Shown here piece after piece: positions 13,732 through 22,688 of a stretch of DNA of 64,000 nt. The notes under the pieces were generated by a model that saw nothing but the letters and a program-made list of their open reading frames with translations, was not told where the DNA came from and ran no database searches. The stretch is from an uncultured Actinomycetes bacterium (GTDB lineage Bacteria; Actinomycetota; UBA4738; HRBIN12), in NCBI GenBank assembly GCA_963704885.1, contig CAVPIB010000004.1, positions 288,001 to 352,000 on the forward strand. Direction: 5' to 3'. The position numbers were made by a program, and so were the translations under genes. The first letter of the stretch is position 1. The number at the start of each line of letters is the position of its first letter.

Positions 13732-15975
13732 ATGAGGAGGAGCCGGGGACTCACCCTCGTCATCGCCATGCTCGCGCTCGTCGCGTCCGCCTGTGGGTCG
13801 CTGCCGCGGTTGTCCGACTACCGCGAACGATCGATCCCGCTCGCGCAGACCTCGTTCCTGTTCGCCTCCGACGGCAGCCTGATCACCGAGCTCCACGCGG
13901 GCGAAGATCGTGTGGTGCTCTCCCGCGCCCAGATACCGCAGGCTGTCCGCGATGCGGCGATCGCGGTGGAGGACAAGCGATTCTTCTACCACCACGGGTT
14001 CGACCTGCGGGCGATCATCCGAGCCGCCTACGCCGACGTCTCGGCCGGGGAGATCGTCGAGGGAGGCTCCACGATCACGCAGCAGCTCGTGAAGCAGCTC
14101 TACGTGGGCGACGACGAGACCTTCCGCCGGAAGACCGACGAGGCCATCCTGGCGTGGCAGCTGGAGGATCGCCTCACGAAGGACCAGATCCTGACGAAGT
14201 ACCTGAACACCGTGTACTTCGGTCAGGGTGCGTATGGGATCCAGGCCGCCGCACGCTCATACTTCGCGGTCGACGCGAAGGATCTGACCCTCGCGCAGAG
14301 CGCACTGTTGGCCGGCTTGATCCGCGCGCCCAACGACTTCGACCCCTTCGTACATCCCGTGCACGGTCGTATCCGTCGCAATCAGGCTCTCAAGGCCATG
14401 TTCGACCAGGGGTTGATCTCCCAAGCCCAGCACGACGCGGCCGTCACGGAGCCGATCGAGCTCCATCCGTCCACCTCCGAGGAGCGCTATCCGTATCCGT
14501 ACTTCGTCGACTACTTCAAGCAGTGGTTCCTGTCTAACCCTGCTTTCGGTGAGACGCGGGAGGATCGCTACAGGCTCCTGTTCACCGGGGGATTGAGGAT
14601 CACCACCACGCTCGACCCGCGGATGCAGTCCGCAGCACAGACTGCCGTTCGCTCGATCCTGTCGTACCCGGGCGATCCAGCCGGAGCCATGACGGTGATA
14701 GATCCTCGGACGGGATACGTGCGGGCGATGGTCGGGGGGAAGGACAACGACTACTGGGACGCCGAGTCCGGAGACGGCCGCGTGAACCTGGCCACGGGTG
14801 GCAGCACCGGACGACAAGCAGGGTCGTCGTTCAAACCGTTCGCGCTGGTGGCCGCGCTCGAGAACGGGATCTCCCCTGACACAGCGTTCCCCGCGCCATC
14901 CTCTATCCAGATCCCCTTGGACAACGGACAGGTTTGGGATGTCACGAACGCGGAAGCCAGCGCCTACGGAAGCCTGACGCTCGAGCAGGCCACGATCTCG
15001 TCCGTGAACACGGTGTACGCCCAGCTGATCGAGTTCCTGGGCCCGCAGACAGTGGTCGACACCGCGAGGCGGATGGGTATCCGCTGCTGCCTGCGGGCTA
15101 CCCAGCCCAAGCGTCCGCTCCTCCCCTACCTGTCGGCGGTGCTCGGGACCAACGAGGTCAACACGCTCGAGATGACCTCCGCCTACGGGACCTTGGCGAC
15201 GGGGGGTCAGCATGTGAACCCCGTCCCGGTGATCAGCATCACCGACTCGCAGGGAGGCCTGCTCTGGCAGGCGAGCCCGAAGCCGCTCCAGGTGATCGAC
15301 CCGGCCGTCGCGTCAGCCGCCGATCAGATCCTTCAGAAGGTCGTGCTCTATGGGACCGGGGCTGCGGCCAACATCGGCCGGCCCCAGATCGGTAAGACCG
15401 GGACCGCTCAGAACTACCACGACGCGTGGTTCGTAGGCGCCATCCCTCAGCTCGTGGCGGCGGTCTGGGTCGGTTTCCCGCAGGGGCAGATCTCTATGGC
15501 TCCTCCCACCACGCGTATCACCGTCTTCGGCGGAACCTGGCCCGCACAGATCTGGCGCAACTTCATGCTGAAGGCGGCGCTTACCTTCGAGGTTCGCGAG
15601 TTCCCGACGCCTGAGGTGAACTATGTCGCGGTGGCAGTCGATGTGACCCAGGAGCCGTACTGCCTGCCGAACCAGTACACGTTGCCTCAGAACATCCAGA
15701 TCCTGGAGTTCATCGGAGGCACCGAACCCACTCAGACCTGCACCACGCCGACGTCGCTCCAGGCGGTCAACGTGCCGTCGGTCGTGGGTCTCTCACAGGC
15801 GGCGGCCATGACGCTCCTGGGCGACGCTGGGTTCTACGTTCACGTCCTGGTCGAAACATCCACCCAGCCCCCGGGGACCGTGATCTCACAGAGCCCAGCC
15901 GCCGGGGTGAGCGCCTATCAAACGAGCGCCGTTACCATCACCGTCTCGATAGACCTGACGACGCCGAGCACTTAG
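13732..15975 (+). CDS. class A (bifunctional) penicillin-binding protein with C-terminal PASTA domain
   Basis: Transglycosylase EDKRF..HGFD and GGSTITQQLVK; transpeptidase SSFK, SVN, KTGT; PASTA VPSVVGLS..VISQSP. Confidence 0.93.
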   Translation: MRRSRGLTLVIAMLALVASACGSLPRLSDYRERSIPLAQTSFLFASDGSLITELHAGEDRVVLSRAQIPQAVRDAAIAVEDKRFFYHHGFDLRAIIRAAYADVSAGEIVEGGSTITQQLVKQLYVGDDETFRRKTDEAILAWQLEDRLTKDQILTKYLNTVYFGQGAYGIQAAARSYFAVDAKDLTLAQSALLAGLIRAPNDFDPFVHPVHGRIRRNQALKAMFDQGLISQAQHDAAVTEPIELHPSTSEERYPYPYFVDYFKQWFLSNPAFGETREDRYRLLFTGGLRITTTLDPRMQSAAQTAVRSILSYPGDPAGAMTVIDPRTGYVRAMVGGKDNDYWDAESGDGRVNLATGGSTGRQAGSSFKPFALVAALENGISPDTAFPAPSSIQIPLDNGQVWDVTNAEASAYGSLTLEQATISSVNTVYAQLIEFLGPQTVVDTARRMGIRCCLRATQPKRPLLPYLSAVLGTNEVNTLEMTSAYGTLATGGQHVNPVPVISITDSQGGLLWQASPKPLQVIDPAVASAADQILQKVVLYGTGAAANIGRPQIGKTGTAQNYHDAWFVGAIPQLVAAVWVGFPQGQISMAPPTTRITVFGGTWPAQIWRNFMLKAALTFEVREFPTPEVNYVAVAVDVTQEPYCLPNQYTLPQNIQILEFIGGTEPTQTCTTPTSLQAVNVPSVVGLSQAAAMTLLGDAGFYVHVLVETSTQPPGTVISQSPAAGVSAYQTSAVTITVSIDLTTPST

Positions 15976-16558
15976 GGGATGCGGGTCGCTTCAACGATAC
16001 GTACGGGTCGTCGCGGATCGAGTAGCGCCACTGGCGTTCGACGCCGACGCGGATCCCTACTCGCGGCCCGGTAGCGATCGCATCCCTTGGGACGGGCGCT
16101 CCCTCCTCGATCCACACGTCGCCCCCTTCGACGAGGTCCATACCGTCGAGGGTGCGATCGACGCCGAACGCCTGGCACAGTCGAGCTGGTCCAGAACAGA
16201 GCTCGCGTACCCGCTCGCGCCCCCGCCTTGCCCGCATCTCGTCGTGGCCTTCCAGCGGCTCCGCAGCCCGGAGGAGGACGGCCGTACCCTCCCCTTCGCG
16301 ACCCACGACCACGTTCATGCACTGATGTATGCCATAGACGAAGTAGACGTACAGGCACCCAGGCGGCCCGAACATGACGGCGTTCCTTGCGGTGGGCCCG
16401 CGGAAGGAATGACTGGCTGGGTCGTCGGAAGTGTAGGCCTCGGTCTCCACGATCCGAGCCGCGAGACGAGTGCCCTTGGGACCCGCCCTGACCAGGGTTC
16501 GGCCCAGAAGATCGGGCGCGACCTCAGTGGCCACTCGGCCGTAGAAGCTCCTGGGCAA
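15938..16558 (-). CDS. mpg: DNA-3-methyladenine glycosylase (Aag/MPG family)
   Basis: RIVETEAY..DPASHS, YVYFVYG, VLLRA, SGPARLCQA, PRVGI. Start uncertain (TTG 16558, or CTG overlapping the polX stop). Confidence 0.9.
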   Translation of the reverse strand: MPRSFYGRVATEVAPDLLGRTLVRAGPKGTRLAARIVETEAYTSDDPASHSFRGPTARNAVMFGPPGCLYVYFVYGIHQCMNVVVGREGEGTAVLLRAAEPLEGHDEMRARRGRERVRELCSGPARLCQAFGVDRTLDGMDLVEGGDVWIEEGAPVPRDAIATGPRVGIRVGVERQWRYSIRDDPYVSLKRPASPKCSASSGLSRR

Positions 16559-16572
16559 TCGGCGACCCCCGC

Positions 16573-18297
16573 TCAGGCCGGGCGCTCCTTTCGGAGGAAC
16601 CGACGGAGCTTCGCGAGAGGCCACGTGTTGATGACGTCGTCATCGGTGAGCCAGCCGCGCTGGGCGGTGGCTACGCCGTAACGCATGAGCGGAAGATGAA
16701 CGGCAGCGTGGGAGTCCGTGTTCACCGCGAACTTCACGCCGTAGCGCCTGGCCCACAGGATGTGCTCGTCCTTCAGATCGAGGCGCTCCGGGAACGAGTT
16801 GACCTCGAGGGCGGTGCCTGTTCTGGCGGCGGCCTCGAACACCGCTTCGAGGTCCACGTCGATAGGCGGGCGCTTGCCGATGAGCCGTCCCGTCAGATGA
16901 CCGATCACGTTCACGAACGGGTTCTCCATCGCGCGGATCACACGCCGAGTCATCTCGTCGCGCGGTTGGGTGAAGTGAGAATGGACGGAGGCGACCGTCA
17001 CATCGAACCCTGCGAGGAACGCATCGGGCCAATCGACGCTCCCGTCCGCGTCGATGTTCAGCTCTGCGCCGTGGAGCAGCGTCATGTCGAACGCCGGCTG
17101 GAGCGCCTGGATCCTGGCTCGCTGCGCGAGGATCTTCTCGTCGGTCATGCGCTGCATGGCGAGGTTCGGCGCATGATCGGTGACGGCGAAGTAGGCGTAC
17201 CTCAGCGCCTTCGCGGCGTCGAGCATCTCTTCCAGCGATGCCAGGCCATCCGTCAGGTTGGTGTGCGTGTGGAGGTCGCCGCGGATCCGACGCTGCTGTA
17301 TCACCTTCGGGAGCTCGCCGGCGAGCGCCGCCTCGACCTCGCCTCGATCCTCTCGGAGCGTCGGCTCGATGTAGGGAAGCCCGAGCCGCTCATACACCTG
17401 CTCCTCGGTCTCGGCGGCGAGCAGCTCCCCACTCTTCGCGTCGAACAGACCGTATTCGTTCAGCTTGAGGCCCTCGCGGACGGCCATCTCTCGGATGCGG
17501 ACGTTATGGGCCTTGGATCCGGTGAAGTAGATCATGGCCGCCCCCCAGACCTCGGGCGCCACCACGCGCAGATCCACCTGCAACCCGCGATCGGTCACGA
17601 TCGATGACTTCGTGTCGCCCTGAGCGAGAATCTGCTTGACCGAGGGAAGCACCACGAACGTCTCCATGATCGGCACCGGGTCCGTGCTCGCCACCAGGAG
17701 GTCGACGTCGCCGATGGTCTCCCTCATGCGCCGGAGCGACCCGGCGAAGGCGGCTCGACGTACCTGCTTCATCGCGGTGAGCTGCGCGAGCATGGCCTCA
17801 GCCACACCGATGGCGACGCTCACCAGAACCCGGCCGCCCGAAGCCGAGAGTTGCTGGAGGCCGCTCAGGATGTTGTCCTGAGTGCGCTTGCCGAACCCCT
17901 TGAGTCCTGCGACCCGATCGTCGTCGATGGCTCGTATGAGCCCCTCCACCGAGTCGACGCCGAGCTCTCGGTGAAGCACCATGGCCTTCTTCGGCCCCAG
18001 ACCGGGGATGGACATCAGCTCGCGGACGCCCGAAGGGATCTGGGCTCGCAGCTCCTCCAGATCGGCGAAGGTCCCCGTCTTGAGGATCTCGAGCACCTTC
18101 TCCCCGATCGACTTACCCACGCTCGGGATCTCCAGGATCGCCTTGAGATCCAGTCCCGACACGTCCTCGTGGAACCCGCCGACGGCCCGGGCGGCCTTCT
18201 CATACGCGCGCGGTTTGAAGCGATCCTCCGACAGGATCGAGAGGAGGTCCGCGAATTCGAGGAGAGCTTGTTCGACGTCGTCGTTGGCCCGGGCCAC
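16573..18297 (-). CDS. polX: DNA polymerase X / PHP-domain exonuclease
   Basis: AGSLRRMRETIGDVD, VDLR, FTGSKAHN, LNEYGLF; PHP motifs DLHTHT, TDH, TDSH. Confidence 0.95.
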   Translation of the reverse strand: MARANDDVEQALLEFADLLSILSEDRFKPRAYEKAARAVGGFHEDVSGLDLKAILEIPSVGKSIGEKVLEILKTGTFADLEELRAQIPSGVRELMSIPGLGPKKAMVLHRELGVDSVEGLIRAIDDDRVAGLKGFGKRTQDNILSGLQQLSASGGRVLVSVAIGVAEAMLAQLTAMKQVRRAAFAGSLRRMRETIGDVDLLVASTDPVPIMETFVVLPSVKQILAQGDTKSSIVTDRGLQVDLRVVAPEVWGAAMIYFTGSKAHNVRIREMAVREGLKLNEYGLFDAKSGELLAAETEEQVYERLGLPYIEPTLREDRGEVEAALAGELPKVIQQRRIRGDLHTHTNLTDGLASLEEMLDAAKALRYAYFAVTDHAPNLAMQRMTDEKILAQRARIQALQPAFDMTLLHGAELNIDADGSVDWPDAFLAGFDVTVASVHSHFTQPRDEMTRRVIRAMENPFVNVIGHLTGRLIGKRPPIDVDLEAVFEAAARTGTALEVNSFPERLDLKDEHILWARRYGVKFAVNTDSHAAVHLPLMRYGVATAQRGWLTDDDVINTWPLAKLRRFLRKERPA

Positions 18298-18307
18298 GGT
18301 CGACGCC

Positions 18308-19228
18308 TCAAGCCAGGTCGAAGAGGAAGAGCAGGAGTGCCTTCTGCGTGTGCAAGCGGTTCTCGGCCTGATCCCACACGGCTGAGCGAGGGCCGTCGAT
18401 CACCTCGTCCGTTATCTCCATGCCACGATGGGCCGGGAGGCAGTGCAGGACCACGACCTCGGGAGAGGCCGTGCCCACGAGCTTCTCGTCGATCTGATAG
18501 CCGCGGAACACCAGCTCCCGCTCGTCTGTCTCGGCCTCCTGACCCATGCTTGCCCAGACGTCCGTGTACAGAACATCGGCATCGCGGGCCGCGTCCATGG
18601 GATCGTGAAGCACCTCGACGGCCCCACCGGTCTCCGAGGCGATCTCCGCGGCCCGGTTGACCACTTGTGGGATGGGCTCGAAGCCCGGAGGCACTGCCAC
18701 CCGCACCCGCATGCCTACCTTCGCGCCCGCCAGCAGGAGCGAGTGGGCCACGTTGTTCCCATCGCCTAGATAGCTGAGCGTTCGACCATCCAGGCCACCC
18801 AGACGCTCCCGAACGGTGAACAGGTCTGCGAGCGCCTGGCAGGGATGTTCGAAGTCGGAAAGGGAATTGATCACGGGGATAGTCGCCGCCGAAGCCAGCA
18901 GCTCGAGTCGCTCCTGCTCGAAGGTCCGCAGGACGATGGCGTCGACGTATCGGCTGAAGACGCGGCCTGTGTCCTCGATCGTTTCGCCGCGACCGAGTTG
19001 CAGGTCGGAGGAGGAGATCACGAGCGGATGGGCACCCAACTCCGCCACGCCCACCTCGAAGGACACGCGGGTCCTCGTAGAGGGCTTCTCGAAGACGAGC
19101 GCTACGGAGCGACCCCGCAGCCGGTCGGCGTATGCGGCCGGATCCGCCTTGACACGTTCGCCCAGGTCCAGGATCGCGATGAGCTCCGAGGGAGACAGAT
19201 CGTCGACCGACAGGTAGTTGCGTGCCAT
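18308..19228 (-). CDS. argF: ornithine carbamoyltransferase
   Basis: STRT, HPCQ, TDVWASMGQE and HCLP motifs. Confidence 0.96.
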   Translation of the reverse strand: MARNYLSVDDLSPSELIAILDLGERVKADPAAYADRLRGRSVALVFEKPSTRTRVSFEVGVAELGAHPLVISSSDLQLGRGETIEDTGRVFSRYVDAIVLRTFEQERLELLASAATIPVINSLSDFEHPCQALADLFTVRERLGGLDGRTLSYLGDGNNVAHSLLLAGAKVGMRVRVAVPPGFEPIPQVVNRAAEIASETGGAVEVLHDPMDAARDADVLYTDVWASMGQEAETDERELVFRGYQIDEKLVGTASPEVVVLHCLPAHRGMEITDEVIDGPRSAVWDQAENRLHTQKALLLFLFDLA

Positions 19229-19239
19229 CGGCGGCGAGT

Positions 19240-21615
19240 CTATACCGACGCCGACCTGATCTCTCCGCCGAACCGTTCGCGTATCTGCGACACGATCCGC
19301 TCCACCGCTTCATCCGCTTCTTGACTCTCCAGCGTGCGCTCGGATGCACGCAGATCCAGCGCGAAGCTCAGGCTCTTCTTCCCTGCTTCGAGTGGCGGAC
19401 CCGACCAGACGTCGAAGAGCTCACAGGCTGCCAAGAGATCGCCACCCGCCTTGCGGATGGCGCGCAGGACCTCGCCGGACGCCACCTCTTCATCGAGCGC
19501 GAAGCTCAGGTCCCTGCGGACGGGGGGGAACCGGGGGACATCGCGAACCGCGATGGTCGACGGAGCGCTGCCGAGCAGCGCGGCCAACTCGACCTCGCCC
19601 ATGGCGATGCGGCCGGGGACATCAAGGGAGTGCGCAACCCTCGGGTGGATCTCGCCGACGACCCCGGCCCGCTCACCGCCAACCATGACGAACGCGGACC
19701 GGCTTGGATGCAGAGGGGAACCTACCGGCTCCCCCAGCGACCACTCGACGCCGAGGTCGCGCATGAGAGCCTCCACGACCCCCTTCGCGTCGAAGAAGTC
19801 GTACTCCCGTCGGCCCGTCCATCCCACCTCTGCCATCCCGGTCATCGCGAACGCCACCTTCGAGCGCTCCTCAGGCACACCCCCAACGAGGCGGAAGACG
19901 GTCCCGACCTCGAACAAGGCCGCGCTCCTCACTTGCCGGTAGACGTTCCGACGGAGCGCTTTCAGCAGTCCCTGAGTGAGGCGGGTCCGCAGCCACCTCT
20001 CCTCGGCCTGCAAGGGATTCGCTATGGCGATGGCATCGGCATCACCGGTGAGCTCCAGGTCCTGGTCGGAAGCGAACGGGAACGAGCGGATCTCCCTCAG
20101 GCCGGCACGCATGAGCGACCCTTGAACGCGCTCTCGGAACGCGTAGTCACGGGGCGTCCCGCCCGCCTGACGCACCGCCGGAGTGGTGGAACCGACGCGC
20201 TCGTACCCCTGGACCCGAACGACCTCTTCGATCAGGTCGACCTCTCGCTCGATGTCGACGCGGTATCCAGGAACCTCCACAGTGACCTCGTCTCCGTGGG
20301 TCTCGGACGGCATCATCAGCCGGTTGAAGACCGCCACGGCGTCCGTCGCCGCGACGTCGTAGCCGATCAGCGAGGACGCGCGGCTCGCACGCATCGTGAC
20401 GCGACGCCGCTCGGGGGCGGCCCCCACGTCGATCGTGCCCGCGAGCACCTGCGCTCCGCACCACTCGGCGATCAGGCGGGATGCTCTGTCAGCGCCGACG
20501 GTCACCCCCTCTGGGTCGACTCCGCGCTCGAACCGCATCGAGGCCTCTGTCGACAACGCGATCCGCCGGCGCGTCCGTTGGATGCCACCACGTTCGAACG
20601 CCGCGGCCTCCAGCAGGATGTCCGTGGTGCCGTCGGAGACCTCCGCGAGGGCACCTCCCATCACCCCCGCGACCCCCAGCGGGCGCTCGGTGTCGCAGAT
20701 CAGGAGATCATCGGGTGTGAAGGTCCTTTCGACGTCGTCGAGCGTCACCATCCGCTCCCCATCGGTCGCCCGACGCACGACGATCCCCGGTCCCTTCAGG
20801 AGGGCCAGATCGAACGGGTGGAGCGGTTGCCCGATCTCGATCATCGCGTAGTTCGTGGCGTCCACGGCCGCCGATATCGGGCGCATCCCCGCGGCGGTCA
20901 GACGTGCTTGGATACGGATGGGAGACGCCGTGTGCTGGACGTTCCTTAGGATCCGCGCGGTGTAGCGAGGACACCCGAAGCTGTCGAGGACCTCTACGGT
21001 AGCGACGTCTTCGGTCCGCTCGTCGCCCTCACGCACATCGATATCAGGCGACGTATACGGGACACCTGTCGCCGCAGCAACCTCCCGCGCCACGCCGATC
21101 ACGGACAGGAAGTCCGGTCGGTTGGGGGTAACCTCGATATCAAGCACCGCGTCGTCCAGTCCGAGGGACGACTTGAGATCGTCACCGGGCGTCATGTCCG
21201 CCGGCAGCAAGAGGATGCCCTCGTGCGTCGGGGCGATCCCCAGCTCCATCGGCGAACAGAGCATGCCTTCGGATATGACTCCCCGGATCTCTCGTGCAGC
21301 AAGCGGGGCGGGCAACGCGGGCACGCGCGCGCCCGGACCGGCGAGTGGGACCAGGTCGCCGGGCCGCATGTTCCGGACGCCCACGACCACCTCTCGCTCG
21401 GACGATCGCGTGGAGACCCGCGCAAGACATAGCTTGTCTGAACCTGGATGGTCGCGGACCTCCAGGACCGTGGCGACCACGACTCCTTCCAACCCGTCCC
21501 AGGGCCGATCGATCCGCTCTACCTCCGCGCCCTTCGCGGTAAGGATCTCGGCCAGCTCCTCGGCCGACAGCTCCGTCGGGCAGAACTCGCGCAACCACGA
21601 CAGGACGACTTTCAC
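19240..21615 (-). CDS. pheT: phenylalanine--tRNA ligase beta subunit
   Basis: VKVVLSWLREF, TPNRPDFLS, RFERGVD, REVDLIEEV, RFPPVRRDLS. GTG 21615 overlaps the pheS stop. Confidence 0.96.
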   Translation of the reverse strand: MKVVLSWLREFCPTELSAEELAEILTAKGAEVERIDRPWDGLEGVVVATVLEVRDHPGSDKLCLARVSTRSSEREVVVGVRNMRPGDLVPLAGPGARVPALPAPLAAREIRGVISEGMLCSPMELGIAPTHEGILLLPADMTPGDDLKSSLGLDDAVLDIEVTPNRPDFLSVIGVAREVAAATGVPYTSPDIDVREGDERTEDVATVEVLDSFGCPRYTARILRNVQHTASPIRIQARLTAAGMRPISAAVDATNYAMIEIGQPLHPFDLALLKGPGIVVRRATDGERMVTLDDVERTFTPDDLLICDTERPLGVAGVMGGALAEVSDGTTDILLEAAAFERGGIQRTRRRIALSTEASMRFERGVDPEGVTVGADRASRLIAEWCGAQVLAGTIDVGAAPERRRVTMRASRASSLIGYDVAATDAVAVFNRLMMPSETHGDEVTVEVPGYRVDIEREVDLIEEVVRVQGYERVGSTTPAVRQAGGTPRDYAFRERVQGSLMRAGLREIRSFPFASDQDLELTGDADAIAIANPLQAEERWLRTRLTQGLLKALRRNVYRQVRSAALFEVGTVFRLVGGVPEERSKVAFAMTGMAEVGWTGRREYDFFDAKGVVEALMRDLGVEWSLGEPVGSPLHPSRSAFVMVGGERAGVVGEIHPRVAHSLDVPGRIAMGEVELAALLGSAPSTIAVRDVPRFPPVRRDLSFALDEEVASGEVLRAIRKAGGDLLAACELFDVWSGPPLEAGKKSLSFALDLRASERTLESQEADEAVERIVSQIRERFGGEIRSASV

Positions 21616-22658
21616 GCCACGCCCTCGAACTGCTCCAGGAAGCGGACGTCCCCTTCGACGAAGAGACGCATGTCGGGTACGCCGTACCGGATCATGGCCA
21701 CCCTTTCGATCCCCAACCCGAACGCGAATCCTGTGTAACGCTCGCTGTCGTATCCGCAGTTCTCGAGGACCTTCGGGTGGACCATGCCGGCGCCGAGTAG
21801 CTCGATCCAGCCGTTGCCGCACGTCCGGCATCCCGCGCCGTCGCAGACGAAGCACGACACCGCCACCTGCGCGCCCGGCTCGACGAACGGGAAGTAGTCG
21901 GGGTTGAGCCGAACACGTCGGTCTGCGCCGAACATCTCGCGCGCGAACGCCTCGAGCGTGCCCTTCAGATCGGCGAACGAGATCCCCTCATCGACCGCCA
22001 GGCACTCCACCTGATGGAATACCGGCAGGTGCGTGGCATCCGGCGTCTCCTGGCGGAACACGCGTCCGGGACACACGATGTGGATGGGGGGGCCCTCGGC
22101 CTCCATCGTTCTGATCTGAGCTGCCGACGTCTCGGTGCGGAGCAGCATCCCCGGCAGGTCGATGTAGAGCGAATCCTTCATGGTTCGGGCCGGGTGGTCG
22201 GGCGGGATGTTCAACGCCTCGAAGTTGTGCCAGTCATCCTCGATCTCAGGGCCCTCGACGACCCGGTAGCCCATCCGCGTGAAGACCTCGACGATGCGTC
22301 GTTCGACGATGGCAAGAGGATGGAGCGAGCCGTTGGGCGGTCGCCTGCCGGGGAGAGAAACGTCCACAGCATCTGCCTCGAGCAGATGAGCTTCCGCGCT
22401 GATCTCGAGATCGGTGCCGCGTCGCTCGATCGCGGTGTGCAACGCATCACGAGTCTCATTCGCCAGTGCGCCCAGTGCCTTGCGGTCGTCATGGTCGAAG
22501 CTCCCCAGCGCCCTCTGTACCTCGGAGAACCGCGTCTTACGCCCGAGCACGGCGACCCTCGCCGCGTCGAGCTCATCACGCGTGCCCGCAGCGGCCACGG
22601 CCGCCAAGCCTCGTGTTCGTTCTTCCTCAAGGATCGAGCGTGCCTGCTGAGGGTCCAT
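21612..22658 (-). CDS. pheS: phenylalanine--tRNA ligase alpha subunit
   Basis: NFEALNIPPDHPAR, FHQVE, YFPFVEP, GFAFGLGIER. Confidence 0.96.
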   Translation of the reverse strand: MDPQQARSILEEERTRGLAAVAAAGTRDELDAARVAVLGRKTRFSEVQRALGSFDHDDRKALGALANETRDALHTAIERRGTDLEISAEAHLLEADAVDVSLPGRRPPNGSLHPLAIVERRIVEVFTRMGYRVVEGPEIEDDWHNFEALNIPPDHPARTMKDSLYIDLPGMLLRTETSAAQIRTMEAEGPPIHIVCPGRVFRQETPDATHLPVFHQVECLAVDEGISFADLKGTLEAFAREMFGADRRVRLNPDYFPFVEPGAQVAVSCFVCDGAGCRTCGNGWIELLGAGMVHPKVLENCGYDSERYTGFAFGLGIERVAMIRYGVPDMRLFVEGDVRFLEQFEGVA

Positions 22659-22688
22659 CAGGCCGCCGAGTCTAACAAGGCACCCTGT

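Noticed and set aside
21616-21855. Long N-terminal extensions in the ORF track (pheT, also carA, carB, rpe, aroB, pepQ, pyrD, pyrF, rpoZ, tlyA)
   Set aside because: They overlap upstream genes. Better starts exist with stop-start overlaps, SD sequences or -10 boxes.
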